A DNA stretch of 63,356 nt, the filler included. It is 12 parts of 12 records of this genome, joined end to end, with 100 filler letters (N's around TTAATTAATTAA, not from the genome) between each part and the next. Parts side by side here need not be neighbours in the genome. Positions count along the whole stretch, not along the records: positions 13,610 to 27,707 come from SRR15195285_5473; positions 27,808 to 31,862 come from SRR15195285_5489; 10 more parts are not named here. One strand, given 5' to 3'. Below are positions 21,876-31,962 of the stretch, piece after piece (the first letter of the stretch is position 1; the number at the start of each line of letters is the position of its first letter). A model generated the notes under the pieces. It searched no databases, was not told the DNA's origin, and worked only from the letters and a program-made list of their open reading frames with translations. The position numbers were made by a program, and so were the translations under genes.

Positions 21876-24800
21876 ATGCCGCATAAGTCGCAGGTCGATG
21901 CCGAGTGGACAGAAGCCGAGAGGGCGTTTGCAGAGCTGGAGGCGGAGCTAGATGCACAGCCGCTGGGTGGACAGGCCGCGAGCTCTGCCGATTCTTCCGC
22001 TGCAGCGGCACCGGCCCGCAAGGCCGAGGGTCGCAAACGCCCTCCGCAAGATCACACCGTGCCTCGTCCAGCCAAACGGGCGCGCGGCAAAGGCGCCTCC
22101 GTCGTTCCAAACCGAAGTGCTCCAAAGTCCAGTGCTGATGCATCGAAACGAGCAAAGAGTACATCGACATCTGCTGCGGAGAACGGTGCGATCTCGGCGC
22201 GGCGGCTGAAGCAGTACGCCGGCAAGAACAAGGATGAAGTTGTTCCCATAACTGTTGGGCTGACAGGGGCGCGAGCCGGCGACATCCTCAACGGCTGCTC
22301 CGATGACACTGCGAACGTCGTCCTCCGTATTGACACAGGGACCATCGCAGCTCCTTTGATCATCCGTCGGTCGGTCGAGGATGAGGTAGGACGAGACAAT
22401 GTCATCGCGGCTGTGGCAAAGCACTTTTGCATTGCGTCAACTGCGGCCGCTGAGATGCGTTATGACGACTGTCCAGTAAGCGAGCAGCCGAACCACGCGC
22501 CGCTTGGACAGGGGTGTAGCCACACCATTGGTGCAGACGGTCAGAACTGTAGGTGCAAGCCTGCAGCTCGCTTTACTATCCTGAATCAGGGCATATGGCA
22601 GCAGTTTGCAGATGAGCACGGGCATGGTGCGTGTCTCACACGCACACGCACACAAACACACGCACACCCACACGCACGCACGCTTGCGCTACATATGTGA
22701 TCGGATCCCTTACATTCAGTGCTTTTGTGAAACAGGGAAAACGCTGGAGGCAATGGTGTCGGAGAGACGGTCTGTATGCTATCGAGATGTACTCTCACTC
22801 ATGCACACGCCTGGTCAGCCGGGAGGCAAGTTGCTAATTCTACGACCAAGGCTCTACAAAATCGTACCGGGCCCCGCAGCTCTTACCGCGAACGATCCAC
22901 GCTTAATGGCACCAGATGCAGTCGTGATTGATGCAACTAGGCTTCTCGCACCGGCCGCCTCTCACAGCGGCTCACAGAAGGCTGCAGCATCTCCCACGGC
23001 GACAGCGATTGTAGTCGAGATCGAAGGCCGACTTTTGAAGCTACCATCCCCGGCCTCGTCAAGTGTACGTCGAGATGAAGTCCCAGGAGTGGTTGTAGAT
23101 GCGCTGCTAGAGCAGGGCATCCTTGGTGCCAAGGAACAGGCCTTGTGGTTGGTGCCACAGAAGATTGAGCAGTGCGCTGAGGCTTTGCGACCACTTTCTG
23201 TCGGCGGACTCAAGTCCCTGCTTCAGAAAACAATTCGCTTCCGCGCAAACACTGTGGTACTTGACCTTATTCAGCATAGCCAGCACCTCGCCTTGGATTC
23301 CAAATCATCAGAAAACACTGCGCTGGGCTGCCGACCGCCTGCGGCAATAGTGGCCGCGGTTGCTGCAGCACTCATGTTCTGTGAAGCTGGAGTGTTCTCA
23401 CCGGAGCTGCAGCTCTACACACGTGGGTCCACCTCCGCCTTAAAGCGGACTGCAGTGACGCTGGTAGAAGATGGATGGGTCGAGGGTGCGGAACAGGATC
23501 TACAGGCGTTAATGTGCTTGGCTCTGGCCACGCAGCGAATGCCAGATTACGAGCCCTCACGGGACGTGGTCCTTGCGACGGCACGGCTTGCCGCAAAGGC
23601 GGTAGAATCGCCTTCACTGATAGCTTGGCGGGAGGAGAACAAGGCTGTGGTGAACCAAAGCCGGCAACGGAAGTCGAAGAAGATTGAAGTGAAATCTGAC
23701 GACGCGAAGGCCCTCGTCCACTCGTGGGAACTGCTCAGCCTCGTCAAATCTTTTCAGTCTGACATCGAGATGTTTGAGAAGGTAGCTAGAGTTGCAACGA
23801 AGGTCCAAGAATTGAAGTTGCTGCAAGCGGCCGATGATGGTGACAGTTGCAGGATGGAAGAAATGCCTGTGTATCATCTAGTAGATCAGCACACTTATCG
23901 AGGGATCGGGCACATCGGTCCAACCTCAGGGCGCACGTTTGCAAAGCGTTTCGCCTCGATTTTTGATCGCACAACCGGTTTCAACCCGCGGCTGCAAAGC
24001 ACCAGCGGCTTTGAGGATCAACCCATCGTCAAGGAGACGCGATTTGCACAGCTATGCTGTGCCAAACTGGTTTTCAAATGTCCTCGTCTGCAGCTCAAGC
24101 ATGTTGGTGAGACTGCTCGAGGAAGCGACCAGGTCTCGGGGGCTAAGAGCCACGCGCAACGAGGCATGCAGGAGCTTGAGCTGCACCTTGATTCTGGCAT
24201 TCTAGCTGCAGCAGTCGGGCCGATTCCAGTCAAGGTCAAAGCAGACAAGGGTCGGTCACGGGATGCGTTAGTAATGTTGGGTGTTCGATGTCCAGAAGAC
24301 GAAGTGGTCATGCTGAAGCCAGCTCGAGCTACGCGCGATCTCTTCGGGACATTAACAGATGCTGAGAGAGCTTCGGCGATTGCACATGCCCGATCCCGCA
24401 CGAACCTCTCCGCGCGCTCGCCGATGCTTGATGGCACCAATACTGTCATGTATGAAGGCGACTGCTGGAAGTTGAACGGTGAGCCTTGGGCGACTTTTGT
24501 TGGCCACGCAAGGGTGCTGAAAGCCGCGATCGTCGAAGCGCCTGACTGGGCAGTGACCACGGATCAAACAAAGCTTGCTGCAGTCCTGACTTCGAATGAT
24601 GCGCTGGCAGATGCACTGAGCGTGGTAGGGGAAGGATTGGTTGAGAATGCTGAATTGCTAATCAAGGGTCTGGTTGGTGCCTCTGCAGATGCGGTGGCAC
24701 TCCGTGCGGTCTCGATGATGCGTCAACAGTACGTGCAGGTGGGATTGCCAACGCCAGCACTAAATGGTGGGATTGGCTCAGATCAGCTTGCAGCCTACTC

Positions 24801-26340
24801 TGGAGACTGGGATGTCTACCGGCTCCTGGCGTTGCTATCTCGGCTAGCACCTGGCGCGCTTAGGCCACAGTTGCCTCCAACCTTTGCTGTGGTAGATGCC
24901 AACCTTTTGAGGATTGTTGAGCGATGGACACTCCAGGCCATACGAATGCGTCCGACAAGCGCGGCTGCTGCAGTGCGGCAATCATCGTCGTCGCCTCACT
25001 CCTCGGCTTCTACACCCCCGACAACTACGTGGGCAAATCATCCTTCGTGGCGCAAGATGTCGAGCGTAGAGACTCGTCTAATGGAACATCAGCGTGCGGC
25101 GGTGTCGAGCATGCATCGACGTGACAGCGAGGCAGACACGGGACATTTCCTAATCATGGATACGGGCGTTGGAAAGACGGTGACGAGCCTGTGCTATCTG
25201 CACCGTTGGCTTGTGAAACACGGAGGTGACGCGACGAGGCGTATTTTGTGGGTGACGCCAGCAGGTACGGTCGACAACTTGATCGAGCAGCTTCGGAGCA
25301 CGTGGTCGGCACCAGTGTGGCGAGTACCCCGTGTAACTACCGCTCAGAAGCCTAAGGAGGGTGATGCACGGCGGCTGATCCTTAAAGATTTTCACATTAA
25401 CGTAATTCACGCAGACCACCTGCGAGTGGCGATCGATAATGGCTTGGCAGAGCAGGCACCTTACTCTGTGATCTGCTTCGATGAAGTGGATGAGATGTAT
25501 GCACCAACATTGCGCACCTCGGCAGCCCGTAGACTTGCACAGCTTACCCCAAAATTTGTGGCGCAAACGGCAACACCGATGCGCAAAAATGAGTCCCAGC
25601 TCCTTGCCTGGCTTACTGATACCTGTTCTTTCCCAGTCGACAACAAGAATTTGCTGGTTGCTGCCAGTGGCATGGTCTCCATTCAGCTGGAGCTTGGCAT
25701 CGCAAGTACAGAGGATTTGCTGCTTGTTCCGATGGTGGACGCGGTACGCCTGAAGTGCCGTCAACTTGTGGTTCAAAGGGAGTGGTTGAAGATGGCGAGA
25801 CTCGTTCAGTCACACACTGACAAGACGATGGTGAAGAAAGCGATCTCTATGGCACAAGCGGATCGTGCCGTGCATCCCAGCGGTGGTGTGCTTCTGGTTG
25901 CAGACAGTGCAGAGCATGCAGCCACGTTGATGCAGCTGTGCAACAGCTCTCCCTCCGGTAGTAGCGGCTGTAGCAACCACATGCGATTCAAGACAGGTGA
26001 CTTTTCGTCACTCGAGGCACCGAATGCGGCCGACTATGGTATTGTTGTGGTGACAAAGGATAAAGACCGCGGGTACAATTCCGCCTGTCGCCTTGGAGCA
26101 ATGGTGACCGGTGCCTATGCTGGAAATGGCGCGTCACGCCATCAGATCCGAGGTCGATTGCGGCGGCTGGGACAGGTACGCAAGTCAGTGAACTTCACGA
26201 CAATGGTGATGGAGAACTCCATCCTACATTTGCTACACAAGCGGCACAATGCAGTAGACTCTATGAACATTTCTCTGCAGCAGCTTGGCGATACGTTCTC
26301 TGTTGACGTGCTCCGTGCGCTGAATTGCGGCAATGAATAA
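21876..26340 (+). CDS. Large (~1450 aa) protein with an MgsA/RarA-C-like helical motif and a C-terminal compact SF2 helicase; 2 exons (intron 22627..22735)
   Basis: GTGCGT donor and ACAG acceptor join EHGH-G-KTLEA in phase. KSLLQKTIR...KRTAVTLVED; helicase motifs LMEHQ, MDTGVGKT, ILWVTP, FDEVD, QTATP, GYN, QIRGRLRRLGQ. Confidence 0.8.
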
Positions 26341-26441
26341 ACACAGAACTGTATTCAAATCTCCCTAAACCCCATTGGTTCTGCTTGACTTGCGATGATT
26401 CTGCCAACAACATACCTCATGCCAACAATCATATGGACGCA

Positions 26442-26933
26442 CTATTCTGCGCCGCCCAAGTCTTCTTCGGCAGGTTGGGACTGCAGCGCTGTCAACTCCG
26501 TGCCGTCCAGCCGGTCTTCCTCCCCAAGGCCAGACTGGCGAGCAACAGCTTGTGCCGCAGCGTCGAGCATTGTCTGCACGAAATACTCGTACGTGGTGGC
26601 CATCAAAACAGTCTCCACGATCCGGGCTCTAAATCCTTCGGGGCTGTCCGGTGCGGTGCGCTCTGCCTCACCCTCTTCGAGCGCTGTTTTGCACGCCACA
26701 ACGAACTCCTCGCGTGTGAACGTTTGGGTCTCCACAAAGGCCTCCAGTTGCACGTCGAACAACTCTGAGAAATCCCTGTGCGCCTGCGTCCATTCTAGCC
26801 TGTGCTCACCGTGCATTTTACCAGCATCATGAAACATGCCTACATGATTTGTGGTGAAGGCCTCGATGGAATCCTGGAGAGCGGTGGACCACAGAAAGTC
26901 GGCAGCTGTGGCAACGATCTCGTGCTGGTCCAT
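26442..26933 (-). CDS. BART (ARL2-binding) domain protein, CFAP36/ARL2BP-like
   Basis: FLWSTALQDSIEAF...GEHRLEWTQAHRDFSELFDVQLEAFV...MATTYEYFVQTM matches the BART pattern. Confidence 0.8.
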   Translation of the reverse strand: MDQHEIVATAADFLWSTALQDSIEAFTTNHVGMFHDAGKMHGEHRLEWTQAHRDFSELFDVQLEAFVETQTFTREEFVVACKTALEEGEAERTAPDSPEGFRARIVETVLMATTYEYFVQTMLDAAAQAVARQSGLGEEDRLDGTELTALQSQPAEEDLGGAE

Positions 26934-27574
26934 CGCAGAGACGATCTTGCGCTCCTTAGGGCACCCTGCCCGCGGCGGGCGTGGAGCTCAGCCTACGTCC
27001 CATCGAGCCGGAGCCGGAGCTGGAGCTGGAGCCAGAGCAGCCTGGTGCGGATGCGTCGTCCTGCCAGGCTCACGCACGTTCGCCGTCGTGCCGAGCGAGG
27101 GCTAATGCATGGACGACCGCGCGCGCGGGCGCGCGACCCTCCCGCCGCGGCGCGGTATACACAAAGTGTTGCGATGGTACCATAGCAGCACTGTTTTTTA
27201 AATATCTCCGAATTCCAGCTACGAGAGTGCGCGTATATTTGTATGAAATTGAATGTATATTAGTATGAGTTGCTATCACAGCAAGTACGAGTGTTTCGGT
27301 CCGGATTCAGTCCAGACTTCCCGGTACAAAACTCGATATGCCCAGGTTGGAGGTCGGCGTGCGCGCGCGCACGGGTCGTGTCCATCCGATTCATCCGAAC
27401 GCCGGCGGACGACCGGCGCGCGCGCGTACAATATTCTCGCATATGCTAGTCCTCTTCTCTGTGAGGTGAGACTGGTTCACCAGGTGAGAAGGTGGAGGCT
27501 CCCTACCGTTAAGTTAGCACCCAGCAGTACAGACAGAGCTAGCTCACGCTTGAAGTGGAGCTGGAGGACCAATC

Positions 27575-27676
27575 ATGCCGGCGCAGGTGCATCTGACCGA
27601 CACGCCCTCGTTTGACCTCGTCATTTTTGGAGGACGGCTGATCGATCCCGCCAACGACGTCGACGACCAGCTGGAC
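27575..27676 (+). CDS. First exon of an amidohydrolase/dihydroorotase-family protein (partial)
   Basis: FDLVIFGGRLIDPANDVDDQLD matches the amidohydrolase N-terminal strand D(L)LIxGGxVIDPxxG. Followed by a GT donor and (CCTA)n to the contig end. Confidence 0.7.
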
Positions 27677-27707
27677 GTACCTACCTACCTACCTACCTAC
27701 CCACCTA

Positions 27708-27807
27708 NNNNNNNNNNNNNNNNNNNNNNNNNNNNNNNNNNNNNNNNNNNNTTAATTAATTAANNNNNNNNNNNNNNNNNNNNNNNNNNNNNNNNNNNNN
27801 NNNNNNN
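27708..27807. other. Artificial contig spacer
   Basis: N44-TTAATTAATTAA-N44. Confidence 0.99.
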
Positions 27808-28075
27808 GACTCGAGGCGGTCAGAGGGGTGCACTGCATTGATCAGTGCGTTTTCCCTACTCCCAAGGAATCCAACCCACGCTCTGACAGAGGCAGGACTG
27901 CGTGGCATGGGCGCCGAGATGCACTGCTATGGGCTCGATGGCAGCGCGGAAGGCTCGCTGAGCCGCAGCCAGATGGAGGGAGCCTCCGAGCGGCGGGCTG
28001 ACTAACTGGGGAGAGGAGGCGCTGTGCGGAAGTGCGCTGGCTGGCTGTCTGAGCAGGTGAGTGCGTGGTTGCGCG

Positions 28076-29053
28076 ATGCCGGGCGCAGCACTGTCGGAGC
28101 AACTGCGCGAGCTGAGCGTGCAGCTCGGCTCTGGAGGGGCGGCGTCCGCTATCGCCAAAACCACGATCGCCCCATTCGAGCGGACAAAGATCCTCCTGCA
28201 GACCTCGAGCTTGGTGGAGGGAATGGGCGGGCACCGGCCGTACAGAGGCGTTGTGGACGCGCTCGCGCGAATACCGCGCGAGCAAGGCGTGGCGGCGTTC
28301 TGGCGCGGCAATCTCACGAATATCTCGCGGGTCGTGCCGACGTACGCGCTGCGTTTTATGTTTTTTGACCAGTTCCGAAAGTTGACGTCCATTGGACACG
28401 ACTCGTCCAAGCCGCTGCCGCTCAGCCGTCAGATGGCCGCCGGCGCCTTGTCGGGCTCGGTGACGATGCTGTGTACTTTCCCGCTAGACCTGCTGCGGAC
28501 ACGAATGAGCGCCGAGGTCACGGCTGCGGGTGCTCCGCGCGTATATCGCGGTATGTACAGCTCGGCCCGCAGAATTGTGCAGGCGCAGGGCGTAAGCGGT
28601 CTCTACCAAGGCATCGGGATCTCACTCTTCGAAATCGCGCCATACCTCGCCATCTCATTTGGCGGGTATGAGTACCTGAAAGAGCGGCTGCCAAGGCCCG
28701 CAGGATCCGACGTGGAAGGCGGCGCCGGGCGAATGACCGTGTTAGGCCTGTGGTCCAAGCTAGGTTGTGGTTGGTTGGCGGGACTGAGTGCCTCGCTGAC
28801 GTGCTACCCAGCAGACACTGTCAAGCGACAGATGATGCTCAGCGGCTCAGCTGCCACTGTCACTGCGGCGAGCAACTCAACGACAGCGCCGAGAGTGGCG
28901 GAGAGCGTGGGAGCCTGTGTGGCACGTATGTACCGTGCAGGTGGTATGCAAATTTTCTACCGCGGCTGCCTGATCAACGCTGTCAATTCCGGACCAGCTG
29001 CGGCCATCACCTTTGTAGTCAACGACTTGCTGCGCGAGCTGCTGAAATTGTGA
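28076..29053 (+). CDS. Mitochondrial carrier (SLC25), adenine-nucleotide/CoA carrier clade
   Basis: Three Px[DE]xx[KR]x[KR]-type signatures: APFERTKILLQ, FPLDLLRTRM, YPADTVKRQMM; also FWRGNLTNISRVVP. First ATG at 28076. Confidence 0.93.
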   Translation: MPGAALSEQLRELSVQLGSGGAASAIAKTTIAPFERTKILLQTSSLVEGMGGHRPYRGVVDALARIPREQGVAAFWRGNLTNISRVVPTYALRFMFFDQFRKLTSIGHDSSKPLPLSRQMAAGALSGSVTMLCTFPLDLLRTRMSAEVTAAGAPRVYRGMYSSARRIVQAQGVSGLYQGIGISLFEIAPYLAISFGGYEYLKERLPRPAGSDVEGGAGRMTVLGLWSKLGCGWLAGLSASLTCYPADTVKRQMMLSGSAATVTAASNSTTAPRVAESVGACVARMYRAGGMQIFYRGCLINAVNSGPAAAITFVVNDLLRELLKL

Positions 29054-29206
29054 TGTGTGAAAGTGACTAATGTATATTAGTAACTATATGGAGACGCATC
29101 CGCGTGCACGTACACCATGCGTTTTTGCATTCAGCGGGTGTATGCACCAGTGACACTGCCCTTTCGCACTCGAGCCCTGCTGCGTGTGTCACCGCCATCC
29201 GACCAA

Positions 29207-29969
29207 TTACTGCCCTGCCACCACAGTGGCTGCCACCGCGACCATCGGCTGGTGCGCGGCCTTAGCGACGGCAGCTTTCGCCGAAGCCAGGACCGTCAGT
29301 AGCAGTGTATGCTGCTGCTCTTTCGCTTGCAACGTCGCCTCCAAGAGCAAAGCCTCAGCCTTCAGCTTCTGCAACTTGTTCTGCTTGTAGTTGACGCTAC
29401 GGTTCAGCAGCAGCTTCTTGTCGTGCGCAGAGAGCGTGGGCGCTGCTTGCTGCTTGGTTGCAGCCGTCTTCTTTGCAATCAGCTTATTCTGCACCACTGG
29501 ACCTGTGGGCGGGGACATCGGCGGGGATGGTGTGCGAGTCAGCGGGAGCCCTGCATCCAGCTGCTGCTGCTGCTGGATATATTTCTTCTGCTTCCTCTTC
29601 GCTCGATACGCCTGGTGCTTCGCGAGCTGCTCAGGCGTTAGAGAACTAAACTCTGCTGGAATTGGCTGTACTGGCGCCACTAACGATTTTTTCGCCGCGG
29701 CCGCATCCTCCTGCTCCTCCTGCTCCTGCTCCACGTATGGAACCCCAGAAATTGGAACGATCCCGCCTCCGCCGATCCCGACGATCGAACGGCGCTGACA
29801 TTTCCCCCATCAGCGACATAGAAGCCACGGCCGCCACTGGGCCGTCCGCCACCGGGACAGCCACGGCGGTGGCGACTGTGAGGAGCTCTTCGTCTTCTAG
29901 TTGCGGACCGTGCTCCAACACGAAGGTCAGTGCCGTCAAAAACGATGTGGTCGAGGGTGATTTCTTCAT
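29207..29969 (-). CDS. Hypothetical low-complexity coiled-coil protein; two overlapping frames, probably joined by a short intron near 29800
   Basis: MKKSPSTTSF... (frame A) and EQEQEEQED...QQQQQ...KLQKLKAEA (frame B) both look protein-like. The exact junction is uncertain. Confidence 0.35.
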
Positions 29970-30676
29970 CGCGTCACGCAAGACTTCTTGATGTTGTTGA
30001 GTTCGTGCGGGTTGTCGCTGGCTCGAACTGTGTGTTATGTCAGTGCTGTGGCTGCTTAGCTGGCTGCTATCGCTCTCGCTGCTGTTGCTGCAAAACAGCA
30101 GAGCAAAAGACTGTGTGGTTGGCTGTGCAAGAGTCGGAGTGCTCTGTTGTCTGTGTGTTGTCGCACGTGCCACGTCGTCCCGTCGTCCCCGACGGGCGGA
30201 CCGACACCGACCCACCGACCGCCCCCGGCCCGCGTGCGGCCGTGCGCCCGCCGCGGGCGCGGCCGCCTCAGTCCCTCAGATGTTGCATCAGATCAGAGTC
30301 CCGCTGGCGGCCGATAGATTGGCATGGCTGATTGGTGCTATCGATGGGAACAACTTGACGATTCCCAGTGCACCGGGCATCCGATTGATTCTCATTCTCG
30401 ATTCTGGTTGTCAGCGTGGATTGCGTTGGTCGCTAGGACGACCACGACCGGATCCTACTGTACGTGCCGCGGTATCGCGTACACCGGGTAAGGACGAGGT
30501 GGCTACGATACATACGGCTCGGATCGAGATTTAGAGCGCGCGCGAGGGGCCCCGGCGCTGAGGGGCGCTGCAGCGGCGCCGCTGGGGTTGGGCAGGATCC
30601 TTTGGGGGCAAGGACCCTAGATCGGTGCGCGGAAGCTGTGGACGTGCGAAGTGGCGCTGTGGCGCTCGCAGTATCA

Positions 30677-31384
30677 ATGCTCACGCGGATGGTCCACGCG
30701 CCGACCATCCCCGTGCTGCTGGGGCTTTTCATAGTGCGCGTTGCGGGAGCAGATTGGCATTGTGACACGGACTGGGATCTTGTGCAGCTGTTCGACCACG
30801 GTGCATTTTTGTCCACTTGCGAAGGCAGAGACTCGGAATACTGCCAAGTGGAATGCGATGCAGGTTATTTGGCGACGAAGTCTTGGTATCTGGAATACCC
30901 GGACCTACACCCCAACGCGTACTGGTGCCACTGCCTGAGCGCCACTGAGTGCACCTGGGGCGACGCTACAAGAGATCTCGGCTGCCAAGCAACTGAGTGT
31001 CTATCGGACCAACCTGTACCCAACGCCACACACTGTAAACACAGACAAATCGGACAGAAGTGCGAAGTTGAGTGCAATGCCGGTTACTACGTGGCTAATG
31101 GTGGATTGGGGCAGTACACGTGCGCAGCCACTGGAGAGTGGGAAGGAGGCTCACTTGCCTGCGCGAAGACTCGGCATTTCTGCCGTGGACTGCTGCCGAC
31201 TGGCCAACATGCGATGTTTGACCCACCAGTACCGAAGCCTTGCGGTGATATCAGCGGGTCATACGATGGGGTGTGGCGAGGATCCGACTGTTGCAAAACT
31301 GAGCTTGCTGTTTTCGCTCGGCTCGATTCTGGTCGGCGTCATAAGCAAAACAATTCAGCAGCTCACGATGGCAATTATCGATGA
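30677..31384 (+). CDS. Secreted Cys-rich protein with two sushi/CCP-like modules
   Basis: Signal peptide PVLLGLFIVRVAGA; repeated CxVECxAGY...Y[TW]C...W.G...C. The 3' end is uncertain. Confidence 0.6.
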   Translation: MLTRMVHAPTIPVLLGLFIVRVAGADWHCDTDWDLVQLFDHGAFLSTCEGRDSEYCQVECDAGYLATKSWYLEYPDLHPNAYWCHCLSATECTWGDATRDLGCQATECLSDQPVPNATHCKHRQIGQKCEVECNAGYYVANGGLGQYTCAATGEWEGGSLACAKTRHFCRGLLPTGQHAMFDPPVPKPCGDISGSYDGVWRGSDCCKTELAVFARLDSGRRHKQNNSAAHDGNYR

Positions 31385-31862
31385 TCCGACGACACCGAGC
31401 CACCCTCTTCTACCCCCACCAGACGGCGCTCGAAAAACAATGTGAGACGACTCAAACCTGTTCTAAGAGTAGTGTTGGGGTCAAATGAATTCATGAATGC
31501 GTGTTGGAAGGGCACTGTTCGAATGCACACTGCTTGGGAGCATGGCCTACCCTATACACTGGGCGCAAGCACATGCAATCCACTAGCTTGGTTCATTACT
31601 CGACAGCCAGCCTAACACGCCACGCAATTCTGCTTCTTGGCTACTTGACCACCCCTGAAACATTTTGGCTCCCTCTTCTGAATCCGCCAAGGCGAGCCGA
31701 CCCTATCAATCTAAGATCTAGGATAGGTGTGGCTGCACATTTCATGATCGCGTTGATCACACTGCGGAAGCGTCTCACCACGCTGTGTATGGCTAGTATT
31801 CACCAGCCTGACGTCTCCCACTTCTGTCTTTTTTCTTTTTCTTCTTCCTCTGGTCCGACTTC

Positions 31863-31962
31863 NNNNNNNNNNNNNNNNNNNNNNNNNNNNNNNNNNNNNN
31901 NNNNNNTTAATTAATTAANNNNNNNNNNNNNNNNNNNNNNNNNNNNNNNNNNNNNNNNNNNN
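31863..31962. other. Artificial contig spacer
   Basis: N44-TTAATTAATTAA-N44. Confidence 0.99.

Noticed and set aside
23692-23703. KSDD in the helicase as a third instance of the processing motif
   Set aside because: It is internal to a non-secreted protein and most likely chance; counted as evidence against over-reading the motif.
27168-27181. RFX X-box-like GTTGCGATGGTACC upstream of the BART gene, and GTAAC half-sites upstream of IFT54 (~59255-59270)
   Set aside because: Two mismatches to the consensus in one case and only half-sites in the other; there is no evidence here that this lineage has RFX.
29790-29840. Programmed frameshift at GGGGGAAA joining two ORFs
   Set aside because: A short intron or an assembly indel explains it equally well, and the gene itself is poorly supported.
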